From positions 15,734 to 79,733 of the forward strand of contig CAVTDB010000020.1 in NCBI GenBank assembly GCA_963733375.1: a DNA stretch of 64,000 nt, given 5' to 3'. The stretch's first letter is position 1; every line of letters begins with the position of its first letter. Under the pieces are notes generated by a model. The model was not told the DNA's origin, searched no databases, and worked only from the letters and a program-made list of their open reading frames with translations. The stretch comes from Nitrospirota bacterium (GTDB taxonomy: Bacteria; Nitrospirota; JACRHJ01). The translations under genes were made by a program, and so were the position numbers. Below, piece after piece: positions 49,180-59,463 of the stretch.

Positions 49180-50290
49180 CCGCAAGCACTTCCTCCCCGG
49201 CCGAACAGCAGTTGCACTTGGCGCAGCCGGAGACCGACTTCGCCGGGTCGAGCCCGTATTCAATTAATATTTCCCGCAGCTCTTCAAAAACCGCATAAAG
49301 CCAGTCCGCCTCGGGCGGCTTCCTGTTCTGAAGCTCCGATCCCATAAGCGGCCTGAATACGGTAATGAACGGTAACGCGCCGGCTTTCGCTACGGCCCGC
49401 GCCCCGGCCATCAGCGACTCCTTCGGCTCCAGCCCCGCTATAAGCCACGAGGACACCTGGTTCTTGCCGAAAATAGAAGCCGCATACGACAGGGCGTCAA
49501 GGTAGCGGCTGACGGGTATCTTCGCCTTGCCGGGACACATTTCGGACCGTATCTTTTCGTCAAAGATTTCGATATTAAAACTGATAGTATTCAGCCCGGC
49601 CTCTTTCAGCTTCTTTATGTAGGAAAAATCCTCGGGAGGGCAGAGCTGGGCATAGATCGAAATGTCGCTGACTTTCCTTACCTCGCGTATCGCCTCCTCA
49701 TACATCTCCGCGCCGCAGTCTTCTCCGTACACCGTGCCTGCGTTTATATTCAGCTCCGTGTATTTCTCGCCCTTCTCTTCCAGGGCCTTCACTACCGCCG
49801 CGATGTTCGCAAACGACTTCGTCCGCTCGTTAGGGTCCGGAGTGAGGGCGCAGAAACGGCAGCCCTCCTCGTCGAGCTTGAAACGGCATATCCCGGTGAG
49901 CGCGGTCGCCAGGATGTTCTTGCCGTGGAGCTGCACCATCGAGTTATATGGGGTCCCGTCCGGCAGCTTCTCGGAGTACCACCAGGGGTCCTCGATAAGC
50001 CTCGCCGCGATTACCGGCTGGCCGTCTTTTTGGATGACCTTCTTTTCGTGGTCGTAATAGTACGGGGAGTCTTTTACGAAATCCTCGTACACCGCCAGAT
50101 TTATCGAATAGTCCTTCCCGTCCCTTGTCAGCTCAAAACACCTGCCCTCGGAGAGGGACGCACGCTTGTGGACGTACCGCGGCAGACCCGCTTTCACGAG
50201 GTCGGGATCGAGCCTTATGCCGTTCGACATCAGGCTCAGTTTCAGCCATGTGATACTGTTTTGCTTCTGCGGTGTAAGCAGCATTTTCAT
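49169..50290 (-). CDS. Radical SAM enzyme with non-canonical CX8CX2C motif (MSMEG_0568-like)
   Basis: 'LATALTGICRFKLDEEGCRFC', 'CPGK', 'IAGLE', C-terminal 'GCAKCNCCS'; ATG 50290 overlaps the upstream stop. Confidence 0.8.
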   Translation of the reverse strand: MKMLLTPQKQNSITWLKLSLMSNGIRLDPDLVKAGLPRYVHKRASLSEGRCFELTRDGKDYSINLAVYEDFVKDSPYYYDHEKKVIQKDGQPVIAARLIEDPWWYSEKLPDGTPYNSMVQLHGKNILATALTGICRFKLDEEGCRFCALTPDPNERTKSFANIAAVVKALEEKGEKYTELNINAGTVYGEDCGAEMYEEAIREVRKVSDISIYAQLCPPEDFSYIKKLKEAGLNTISFNIEIFDEKIRSEMCPGKAKIPVSRYLDALSYAASIFGKNQVSSWLIAGLEPKESLMAGARAVAKAGALPFITVFRPLMGSELQNRKPPEADWLYAVFEELREILIEYGLDPAKSVSGCAKCNCCSAGEEVLADVR

Positions 50291-50598
50291 CTCTCGAATG
50301 TGAAGGTCATGTCCTTGGCGACGTTGAACCCCGCCTCTACCTCCAGCGTCTTCAGTATGGCCGAAGGGATGGGGCAGGCCGAGTGTTTCACACGCCTTGC
50401 GGCCGCCTGGTAAACCGGGTTCTGCAGGATGGGGATAAACACGTCCATCTCTTTGAGGACGGGAATGTCTTCCGCGAGCGCTTTCACATGCTTGCACCCG
50501 GTCTCGACCGTCAAGGAATATTTCCCGGCGGCGGCTTTTTCCACCCTTATATTTATAGTATATCCGCAGCCGCCGGTATTTACAACCAGTTTAGTCAT
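50287..50598 (-). CDS. Small Cys-containing protein (DUF6951-like)
   Basis: 'GGCGY', 'TGCKHV', 'HSACPIPSAILKTLEVEAG'. Confidence 0.65.
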   Translation of the reverse strand: MTKLVVNTGGCGYTINIRVEKAAAGKYSLTVETGCKHVKALAEDIPVLKEMDVFIPILQNPVYQAAARRVKHSACPIPSAILKTLEVEAGFNVAKDMTFTFER

Positions 50599-50622
50599 GT
50601 TTGTCCTGATTTGACCATGATA

Positions 50623-52596
50623 TCAACCCTTTATGGCTACTTCGTAGTTCGTCTTCTCAAGGAGCGCCTTCAGGTTCGGGAACGGGTCCTTCATATGCGG
50701 GATGTGCATAGCCATCATGAACTCCTTCTGGAAATTCGGGTCCACGGCTATCTCCAGGAACTGCACCCGTCTGGCCTCGTGCTCGGCTTCCGCGCGCTTC
50801 TCCATGTTAAGAAGCGCCATGATCGCCCCGTCGCCCGCCGCGTTTCCGACGGCGTATATCTTGTCTATCTCGCAGTCCGGGAACATCCCCAGCGTAAGCG
50901 CGGCCTCCTTGTCTATGAAGCTTCCGAACGCGCCCGCAAGGATCACCTTGTCCACTTTTTCTATGCCCATTTTCTGCATCATCAGCTTCGCGCCGGCGTA
51001 AAGGGCGCCTTTAGCGAGCTGGAGGGCGCGCACGTCGCCCTGAGTGATCGTTATGTCGGCGCCGATGGTCGTCTCAGCCGCCCAGGCGAGTACGTATTCC
51101 GGCCTGCCGTCGGCGTCCTTCCGCAGGCGCGGCGTGCTTAAGTCCGTCTTGAACTTGCCCGACTTGTCTATGATGCCTGCCTTGAAGAGCTCCGCCACGG
51201 CATCTATTATCGCCGAGCCGCAGATTCCCTTCGCGCCGATAGATTCAAGCTCGGTATGCCATTCCGTCTTCCCGATGACCTTGTACTGCGGCTCCTTCGT
51301 CTCGGGGTCTATGCGTATCTTTTCGATGGCGCCCGGCGCGGCCCTCATCCCGAATTTTATCTGCGCGCCCTCGAATGCCGGGCCGGTGGCGCAGGAGGTG
51401 GACGAAACGCCGTCCTTGTTCCCGAGCAGCAGCTCGCCGTTAGTGCCGATGTCTATAATCAGCACCTTCTCGTCCAGCTTGTACGGCTCCTCGGCTATCA
51501 ACACGCCCACGTTGTCCGGGCCGACGAAGCCCGCTTCGATAGGCAGCACGTGCAGGTAAGACGCCGGGTTGATGTCCACGCCCAGGTCCCGCGCCTTTAT
51601 GTCGATGGAGTGGTTAATGGCCGGGACAAACGGGGCCCGGCCGATATAGACTGGGTTCAGCCCCAGGAAGATGTGGTGCATGGCGGTATTGAAGACTATC
51701 GTCATGTCCACGATGGCATGCCCGCCCTTTTTCCCGTCTTCCGCCATGCCCTTGGTAAGCCTCCCTATGATCTCGTTCAGCCCCTCGATGATCGCCTTCT
51801 GCATCTTCTCGAGGCCGTCCGGGTTCATCATCGCGAAGGTTATGCGGGACATGACGTCCTCGCCATAGGGGACCTGCGGGTTCATCATGGATTCTAAGCC
51901 GACGACCTTGCCCGAGACCATGTCGCACAGATAACCGACGACTGTCGTCGTGCCTACATCGACCGCAAGGCCGTATATGGTATCGACGATTCCGGGCTCC
52001 ACCTTCACTATCTCCCTGTCGTGCCAGACCGTTACGGTCACGTTCCACTCGCCGTCTCTTATAATATCCTGGAGCTGTTTCAGGACTGTGTAGTCCATCT
52101 TGAGGCCCTTGAAGCCGTAGGCCGCCTCGATGGCTTTATACAGCCTCTCGGCGTCGCCCTCGCTCACGTCATGCAGGGTCGGGGCCGTCATCAGTACGGG
52201 ATATTTCCTGACGGCGGGGTTTATCTCGATAGTTATCTCGCGCGCGCTCTTCCTTACTATCTGTTTTCCGGCGCGGGACTTCTCCGGCACGAAGATCTTT
52301 AAGTCGCCCTTGACCTCGGCCGCGCAGGCGAGCCTCATCCCGTGGCCGTCGCCTTCCTTGATGAATTTTTTCTCGACCTTCGTAAGCTCGCTCAGGTGGG
52401 ACATCTTCGATTCGATCGCGTCCTTCTCGAAGTAGCCTTCTTCTACGCGCACCTTGCACTTGCCGCATGTACCCTTGCCGCTGCAAAGGTTCTCAAGGTC
52501 GACTCCGAGCTGCCTTGCCGCATCGAGCAGCGTCGTCCCTTCCAGAACCTCTCCCCTGCTGCCGGAGGGCTGGAATATCACCTTATGTTTTTTCAT
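50623..52596 (-). CDS. Reductive activator of corrinoid proteins (RACo/RamA-like; 2Fe-2S + ASKHA, DUF4445)
   Basis: 'CSGKGTCGKC..RLAC', 'VDVGTTTV', 'DIGTNGE', 'ATGPAFEG', 'GICGS', 'LAGAFG', 'VGNAA'. Confidence 0.93.
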   Translation of the reverse strand: MKKHKVIFQPSGSRGEVLEGTTLLDAARQLGVDLENLCSGKGTCGKCKVRVEEGYFEKDAIESKMSHLSELTKVEKKFIKEGDGHGMRLACAAEVKGDLKIFVPEKSRAGKQIVRKSAREITIEINPAVRKYPVLMTAPTLHDVSEGDAERLYKAIEAAYGFKGLKMDYTVLKQLQDIIRDGEWNVTVTVWHDREIVKVEPGIVDTIYGLAVDVGTTTVVGYLCDMVSGKVVGLESMMNPQVPYGEDVMSRITFAMMNPDGLEKMQKAIIEGLNEIIGRLTKGMAEDGKKGGHAIVDMTIVFNTAMHHIFLGLNPVYIGRAPFVPAINHSIDIKARDLGVDINPASYLHVLPIEAGFVGPDNVGVLIAEEPYKLDEKVLIIDIGTNGELLLGNKDGVSSTSCATGPAFEGAQIKFGMRAAPGAIEKIRIDPETKEPQYKVIGKTEWHTELESIGAKGICGSAIIDAVAELFKAGIIDKSGKFKTDLSTPRLRKDADGRPEYVLAWAAETTIGADITITQGDVRALQLAKGALYAGAKLMMQKMGIEKVDKVILAGAFGSFIDKEAALTLGMFPDCEIDKIYAVGNAAGDGAIMALLNMEKRAEAEHEARRVQFLEIAVDPNFQKEFMMAMHIPHMKDPFPNLKALLEKTNYEVAIKG

Positions 52597-53259
52597 TTAC
52601 CCTATCTCCTGTAAGGCATTCTTTTTCCGTCCATAAGGGCATATTGTTATGCACAGCCCGCAGTTGGGTTTCTGGGCGGAACGGACCCTGTTATTTTTAT
52701 GGGACCTGCATTTATTAAGGTCTATCAATTTCCCAAAGGGGTCGCTCCTGCTCCAGCTCGCGCCGGTCAGCGCGCCCGAGGGGCAGTATTTAACGCAGAG
52801 GTCGCATTCGCCGCAAAGCCCCTCGGTGGTCGGCTCGTCCGTTTCGAGCGGGGCGTCCGTGAGAATAGTGGCCCAGGACATCTTCGGCCCGAACTCCGGG
52901 TTTACGACCAGCCCGCTCTTTCCTATCCAGCCAAGCCCCGAGCATGTCGCCGCAGTCTTGTGGCAGAAGAGCGGGTAGAGCTTTGAGATGAATTTATCCT
53001 GCACCCTGTCCGAGTCCGGCGGAATGCAGAGGTAGCGGTAGCCTTCGGCCTTCAGTATTCCCGCCGCCTTCTTTTGCAGACGGTTAAGGGCCGCGAGGGT
53101 GCGCTCGTTCAAATTCCTGTTCAACCCCACGCAGATTACCCGCACAAGGTGCGATATCTCGCCGGCGACGGCATGGCTCACGTCCCCGAACCCGACCGCG
53201 TCCGCGCCCGCGCATATGAGATCTTCCTTGAGTTTCAGGAGCCCCACTGGAAGATTCAT
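52597..53259 (-). CDS. QueG/reductive-dehalogenase-like cobalamin/Fe-S protein
   Basis: 'HKTAATCSGLGWIGKSGL..PEFGP', 'CGECDLCVKYCP', 'CGLCITICP'. Confidence 0.75.
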   Translation of the reverse strand: MNLPVGLLKLKEDLICAGADAVGFGDVSHAVAGEISHLVRVICVGLNRNLNERTLAALNRLQKKAAGILKAEGYRYLCIPPDSDRVQDKFISKLYPLFCHKTAATCSGLGWIGKSGLVVNPEFGPKMSWATILTDAPLETDEPTTEGLCGECDLCVKYCPSGALTGASWSRSDPFGKLIDLNKCRSHKNNRVRSAQKPNCGLCITICPYGRKKNALQEIG

Positions 53260-53945
53260 CCTTTCTTCGTCTCAGCCTCTTCTTTCAGTTTCTTAAGCGA
53301 GCTTACCATCTTTATCGCGTCGGAAAGCGCGTTGGACGCGTCCTTCGCGTAGCCGTCCGCGCCCCACTTCTCGGCTATATCCTGCGATACAGGCGCGCCC
53401 CCTATCATTATCTTCACGTTCGGGTTCTTCGCCTTCAGGTCGTTTATAACCTTCTGCATGCCGACCATAGTCGTCGTCATCATCGCCGAGAGACAGACCA
53501 AGTCGGAGTCCGTGCGGAGCTGTTCCTCGATGAACTTGTCGAGCGGCACGTCCTTGCCAAGGTCGTAAACCGTGAACCCGGCGACGTCGAACATCATCTT
53601 CACGATATTCTTGCCTATGTCGTGCACGTCGCCCTCGACGGTACCGATAACGACGGATCCCCTGACGCCCAAGTCAAGCTGAGTGACGTGCGGCTTCAGG
53701 ATATCAAGGCCGGCGTAAAGCGCGTCCGCGCACATAAGGAGTTCCGGCACGAAATATTCCTGCGACTCGAACAGCCGGCCGACCTCTTCCATGCCGCTGA
53801 CCAGGCCGTTAAATATCGCGTCGTTGACGTTCATCCCCGTGTCGAGCACCTCCTGGGACTTCTGCTTGACAAGGTCCTCGTCATACTGGATGACGCCCTC
53901 CCTGAGCGCGTTCAACAGCTCCTGCCTCTTCTCGTCGGTAGCCAT
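53256..53945 (-). CDS. Methyltransferase-cognate corrinoid protein (MtaC/MtbC-like)
   Basis: Cap domain 'GMEEVG..F..EYFVPE', B12 motif 'GDVHDIGKN', 'SAMMTTT', 'MIGGAP'. Confidence 0.93.
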   Translation of the reverse strand: MATDEKRQELLNALREGVIQYDEDLVKQKSQEVLDTGMNVNDAIFNGLVSGMEEVGRLFESQEYFVPELLMCADALYAGLDILKPHVTQLDLGVRGSVVIGTVEGDVHDIGKNIVKMMFDVAGFTVYDLGKDVPLDKFIEEQLRTDSDLVCLSAMMTTTMVGMQKVINDLKAKNPNVKIMIGGAPVSQDIAEKWGADGYAKDASNALSDAIKMVSSLKKLKEEAETKKG

Positions 53946-53948
53946 TTT

Positions 53949-54989
53949 CTACCTCCTGTATTTTCGGACTTCGTCCATCATTGCTTCCATATTCTCGCGG
54001 GGGACGGTCGGCCAGATGTCGCAGCCGGGCCAGACGGCGCTCACGCCCGCGTCCATCGTCTTCTTCATCGTCTCCCTGACCAGTTCCGGTGTGCCTGAAA
54101 CCAGTACGTTATACGGGTCGTAATTCCCGAACACGAGCGCGCCCGCGCCGAGTCTCTTGCGCGTCTCGGCCACGTCGTTTTTCTGGTCGACGCTGATCGC
54201 GCTCGTGCCCGAGTCCATCATGGACTCGACTATGTCGTTTGTCTTGCCGCATATGTGAAGGACGCTGGGGATCTTTATCTCGGCGAAGACCTTCTTCAGC
54301 GGCGGGAGGATCAAGCTCTTGAAAAGCCTTGGCGAGAGCACGTCCGAGGTCGCGCCCATCTCCCTTATCGTTATATAATCCAGGCCCGCCCCCTCGTACT
54401 CCTTGTAGACGGCGATTATCGCGTCCGCCAGCGTGTCGAGGAGCTTGCCCACCTTGTCCTGCTTCTTGAACGAAAGCTTCAAAAGGTCGTTCAGCTCCAT
54501 TATCTGGCCGGCAAGGGTATAGGGGCCAAGCAGGTAGGAGCCGATGGGGACATCCGCCCCTATGTCGGCCTTTATCTGCCCTATCGCGTCCTTCATCATC
54601 GGTATACGGCCCCTCTTCGCGATGTCCGGGGGCAGCGTTATCTCCATCTCGTCTTCGTTATGGATTACTTTTTTCTTTATGGTGGGGTATAACAGGTCTT
54701 CGGAGTGAGCGTAAACGTTAATTTCGCAGCCTATCGCCTCCGCCTCGATACAGAGGTCGAACGGGACCACGCCGCACTCCAACCCGAAGAGCTTGTAACT
54801 TGTGGCCGCCGCCTTCGCCATCATCCCCGCATCTAAGTGAGAGGCCGCGAACTTGATGCCAAGCGAACTCATACCCTCCGTGGTAACGTTGCCCATCCCC
54901 GAAAAGCAGGGCGGCCTGTCAACCTCCTCTCCCGCAAAGAGCTTCATCACCCTGTCGCGGGCAGTCATCTCGGTAGTAGCCATTTGCAC
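53949..54989 (-). CDS. MtaA/CmuA (UroD-fold) corrinoid methyltransferase
   Basis: 'PFDLCIEAEAIG', 'GPYTLA', Zn motif 'LHICG' ... 'PGCD', 'GNYDP'. Confidence 0.88.
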   Translation of the reverse strand: MQMATTEMTARDRVMKLFAGEEVDRPPCFSGMGNVTTEGMSSLGIKFAASHLDAGMMAKAAATSYKLFGLECGVVPFDLCIEAEAIGCEINVYAHSEDLLYPTIKKKVIHNEDEMEITLPPDIAKRGRIPMMKDAIGQIKADIGADVPIGSYLLGPYTLAGQIMELNDLLKLSFKKQDKVGKLLDTLADAIIAVYKEYEGAGLDYITIREMGATSDVLSPRLFKSLILPPLKKVFAEIKIPSVLHICGKTNDIVESMMDSGTSAISVDQKNDVAETRKRLGAGALVFGNYDPYNVLVSGTPELVRETMKKTMDAGVSAVWPGCDIWPTVPRENMEAMMDEVRKYRR

Positions 54990-55020
54990 CCTCTCCTCTT
55001 TTAGTTATCCGAAAAAAATG

Positions 55021-55971
55021 CTATTTTCTCGCTCCGCCGGCTGTAAGCTTCTCTATAAAATCCTGGAAATAGAGCCTTATGGGCAGGTTCGCATTGCCAG
55101 GTATATTTTTCGTTTCATCATATACGAGAGTCGAAAGCAATATGTGCGCCGTGGCGACCGCGGGGAATATCCTCGGAGCGGTGACTATCGGGCCATAGAA
55201 ATTAAAGTCCGACCACAAAACGGACGCCATGCCCTGCGTTACCGCGTCCATAGCCTTGAAACCTTCGAGCCCCCACGCCTCCTTTGACTCTTTCCACATA
55301 TGCGTGCCGTTGGAATATGCGCCGCCGCATGGCAGGCCGAGTTTTTCCTTGATCAGCCTGTTGGCTATCAGCGAGAACGACGTGGACGGAAGGTTCATTA
55401 CCGAGGTGTCCACAATCACGGTATCGAAGCCGCCCGCACCCTGGTCCAATAGCTTCTCAAGGGATGACAGCCTGCCGGCCGGGCTCTGGTCCTGGTCGTC
55501 GAACGCCTGCACGACGACGTGCTTCACTCCCAGGTCCTTCAGCATGGCGACCTGCCCCTTCACGTCCTTGTCCCAGGGGGTGATGCTGTTGTAGAGGAAC
55601 CTGTCCATGACGCCGAGTTTGGATATATATTCGGTCGCCTTCACCCTCTTGTCCGCGACCCACATGTCTATGCCGAACGGCATATCGGTGGTAGCCAGAT
55701 AAAAATCTACGTATTCCTTGGCCTCCTCCGCGGTGTTCGCGACCATCGCGACCATCGACGGGATGCCTGTGGCCTTTGAAAGCTCTTCCTGCTTCCTTAT
55801 CAGTTCGACGGCCCTTGCGCGGTCGAAGTCGCCGCTCTTCCTGTCGGCCAGTATCCGGTCCTTGTTATGGAACATCGAGGCAATCAGAAGCGGCGGGTTC
55901 TCGCCAGGCTGTCCGCCAATCCTCGCGCCGCCTATGTTAAAAGTCTTCTGCTCTTTCTCAATACGAAACAT
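55021..55971 (-). CDS. MtrH/MtgA-family methylcorrinoid:pterin methyltransferase
   Basis: 'IGGQPGENPPLLIASMF', 'LYNSI', 'GLPCGGAYSN', 'DFNFYGP'; ATG 55971. Confidence 0.88.
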   Translation of the reverse strand: MFRIEKEQKTFNIGGARIGGQPGENPPLLIASMFHNKDRILADRKSGDFDRARAVELIRKQEELSKATGIPSMVAMVANTAEEAKEYVDFYLATTDMPFGIDMWVADKRVKATEYISKLGVMDRFLYNSITPWDKDVKGQVAMLKDLGVKHVVVQAFDDQDQSPAGRLSSLEKLLDQGAGGFDTVIVDTSVMNLPSTSFSLIANRLIKEKLGLPCGGAYSNGTHMWKESKEAWGLEGFKAMDAVTQGMASVLWSDFNFYGPIVTAPRIFPAVATAHILLSTLVYDETKNIPGNANLPIRLYFQDFIEKLTAGGARK

Positions 55972-56012
55972 TCCCGGGGCTCCTTGGGTAAAATGCCGCA
56001 TCCTGGATAAAG

Positions 56013-56039
56013 TGCCGGGGCGGGTTGTCCCGCCCCGGC
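56013..56039. other. Strong intra-operon hairpin between the CMD and mtrH-like genes
   Basis: GCCGGGGCGGG-TTGT-CCCGCCCCGGC with no clear U-tract on the transcribed strand; could be a processing or stability element. Confidence 0.45.
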
Positions 56040-56051
56040 CGGCGGTTGAAT

Positions 56052-56501
56052 TTAGAACACGCCGTGGTCCCATTTCGGCTGCGGCAGGTACTCCCACGGC
56101 TCGCCCGCGCGGTAGTGCTTATCTATCTCCAGGCACTTGAGCGCGTATTCGAAGGCGTAGGGTATGCCCGTGCCGCCCGGGACGAAGCCCGCGCAGACCA
56201 TCCCGATGCTTGCGGCCTCGAAGACCTCTTCGGTCGTCGCGCCGGAGTTTATCGCCGGTATCACGTGGATTATGCAGCGAGGTGAGCAGTAGGACACGCC
56301 AATGGACATGAACATCAGCTCCTTGACCTTTTTCGAAAGCGCCCCGTCCGAGAATATGCTGGCGTAAAAGTCGGCGAAGGTCCTGCCAGGCTCCGGTGTG
56401 ACCGTGTTGATGATCTTGAACATCCTCGGTACGAAACCGCATTGCTGCTGCATGTAAGCATCGACTTCTTCAACCGTCATCTTTTTCTTTTCCTCAGCCA
56501 T
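56052..56501 (-). CDS. Carboxymuconolactone decarboxylase/AhpD-family protein with CxxC
   Basis: 'GFVPR', 'DGALSKKVKEL', 'CSPRCIIH', 'GATTEEVFEA'; ATG 56501 after GGAGGAGG, alternative in-frame ATG at 56576. Confidence 0.85.
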   Translation of the reverse strand: MAEEKKKMTVEEVDAYMQQQCGFVPRMFKIINTVTPEPGRTFADFYASIFSDGALSKKVKELMFMSIGVSYCSPRCIIHVIPAINSGATTEEVFEAASIGMVCAGFVPGGTGIPYAFEYALKCLEIDKHYRAGEPWEYLPQPKWDHGVF

Positions 56502-56635
56502 TTCAATACCTCCTCCAGCATTTTGGGCGCCCGCTAATCGCGCCAACAGGTCCTTCAGACTCTCCCAAATGTCCATGGTCTTCCTCCCATGTACGCCCCC
56601 TGCTTAAGAATATTGCCGCCCCGCACCTCCTTTTG

Positions 56636-57661
56636 TCAGAGTTTCCAGTCTCTTGCCACACTGATGAACTTCTGTATGTTCTCGTAGGGCACCGTCGGCG
56701 GGATATCGCAGCCGGGCATCAGTACGAACCCGCCGTCCAGGCCGGCCGTCTCGATTATCCTTTTGCACTCGGATTCGACCTCCGCCACACTGCCCTGGAG
56801 CATGACCTTCACCGGGTCCACATTGCCCGCAAAGCACATTTTCCCGCCCAGGACCTCCTTCGCCCTGGCTATGTTCACCTTGTGGTCCAGGCTTATGCAA
56901 CTCGCGCCCGTCTCCGGGAAAAGCTCCAGCCTGTCCGTAGTGTCGCCGCAGATATGCACGAGGGTGTGCGCCCCGTGCGAGCGCGCCCAGTCGGTAAACC
57001 GTTTTAAGTAAGGGAGGGCGAAGACCTGGAACTGTTTCTTCGAGATAAGGTCGCCGGAGGCAGTCGGGTCCGCCAGGCTGATTACCTTCAGGCCGTCTTT
57101 CACAAGCGGTTCGTAGAGGTGTATCAGCACGTCGGTCGCGAAGTCTATGACCTTCTTCACGAACTCCGGCTTTTTGAAGGTGGCCTTCATCATGGTCTCC
57201 TCTCCGACGAGCCTCGCCGCGAGCGTGAACGGGCCCCAGGCGGTCAAGGTGACTACATACCGGTCCCCTATCTTCTCCTCCGCAAGCTTCAGCGCTTTCT
57301 TCGTCGTTTCTATAACCGGGTCCTGGTCTATCTTCCGGATATCGAGCTTCGCAAGGTCCTCCTCGGATGATACGATGTGCTCAAGCAGGTCGGGCGCGCC
57401 GATTTCGCGGAACTTGATCCCGCCGCCCATGCAGGAAATGTGAAAATTGTTGTAACCGGACCCGGCGTAAACAATATCGCAGAGGAGCTTTTCGCTCATG
57501 CCTACCAGCATGTCTGCCATCTTCCGGTAGTCGCCCGACAGGCCCTGGAACGTGTTGCCGGAGTTGTGTATCGACCACATGCCGGCCCCGAAAAGCGATA
57601 CGGGAATACGGTCGGCCTTCCCGCCCTCGAACGCCTTGATCATTACCTCTCTTGGATTCAT
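56636..57661 (-). CDS. Second MtaA/CmuA (UroD-fold) methyltransferase
   Basis: 'DRIPV', 'GPFTLA', 'ADPTASGDLIS', Zn motif 'VHICG' ... 'PGCD', 'GNVDP'. Confidence 0.88.
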   Translation of the reverse strand: MNPREVMIKAFEGGKADRIPVSLFGAGMWSIHNSGNTFQGLSGDYRKMADMLVGMSEKLLCDIVYAGSGYNNFHISCMGGGIKFREIGAPDLLEHIVSSEEDLAKLDIRKIDQDPVIETTKKALKLAEEKIGDRYVVTLTAWGPFTLAARLVGEETMMKATFKKPEFVKKVIDFATDVLIHLYEPLVKDGLKVISLADPTASGDLISKKQFQVFALPYLKRFTDWARSHGAHTLVHICGDTTDRLELFPETGASCISLDHKVNIARAKEVLGGKMCFAGNVDPVKVMLQGSVAEVESECKRIIETAGLDGGFVLMPGCDIPPTVPYENIQKFISVARDWKL

Positions 57662-58002
57662 ACCGTCTCCTTTACTGTGAAGTCCGCATCGATTATCCTT
57701 ATCAGTTCCGGCAGGCACGACTGTCTCGGGATGGAATATACGTCCTGGCCCGCCCCCGCCTCGCCGATGACGAAAACCTTTGTGCCCGGCGATACGTGCC
57801 GGATTATAGGAAGCGCCTCATCTACGCTGAGACCCACTACCTGCGAGTCCAGCACCACCGCGGCAAAGAGTTTCTCCATGACCTTCCTTATGGCGCTTGC
57901 GGCGTGGTCCGTGACTGTGACTGAAAAGCCCGCGTCCCGCAGCGGATTTTCCAGGCCCTTTATCAACATCGAATCATAGGTGCAGATTAGAATCTGAAGC
58001 AT
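57658..58002 (-). CDS. Stand-alone degenerate receiver-domain protein
   Basis: REC-like fold 'GFSVTVT..A..VVLD..EALPII..P.TKVFVI'; its stop overlaps the next ATG (ATGA). Confidence 0.7.
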   Translation of the reverse strand: MLQILICTYDSMLIKGLENPLRDAGFSVTVTDHAASAIRKVMEKLFAAVVLDSQVVGLSVDEALPIIRHVSPGTKVFVIGEAGAGQDVYSIPRQSCLPELIRIIDADFTVKETV

Positions 58003-58017
58003 AATACTCAAGATTAG

Positions 58018-58034
58018 AGCAAGATGGGTGCCAA
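58018..58034 (-). promoter_or_regulatory. Sigma54 (-24/-12) promoter of the methyltransferase operon
   Basis: Minus strand TTGGCACCCATCTTGCT, an exact TGGCAC-N5-TTGC match, directly downstream of a sigma54 activator gene. Confidence 0.85.
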
Positions 58035-58086
58035 ACAGAATGGTCTTGATTTTTAAAGGATTATTGGCTTGGATAGAAATTGACGC

Positions 58087-58112
58087 GGGGAATTATTCCC
58101 CATTTGGAGGTA

Positions 58113-58121
<9 letters not shown>
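58087..58121. promoter_or_regulatory. Putative tandem enhancer (UAS) sites
   Basis: Palindrome GGGGAATTATTCCCC (58087-58101) and a second copy GAGGTATTATTCCCC (58107-58121), 20 bp apart and 80-115 bp upstream of the predicted sigma54 start. Confidence 0.6.

Positions 58122-59455
<1,334 letters not shown>

Positions 59456-59463
<8 letters not shown>

Noticed and set aside
53949-57661. Calling the UroD-fold genes hemE, or the mtrH-like gene evidence of methanogenesis
   Set aside because: HxC..C Zn motifs and the corrinoid context indicate methyltransferases; no other mtr or mcr subunits, and the host is clearly bacterial.
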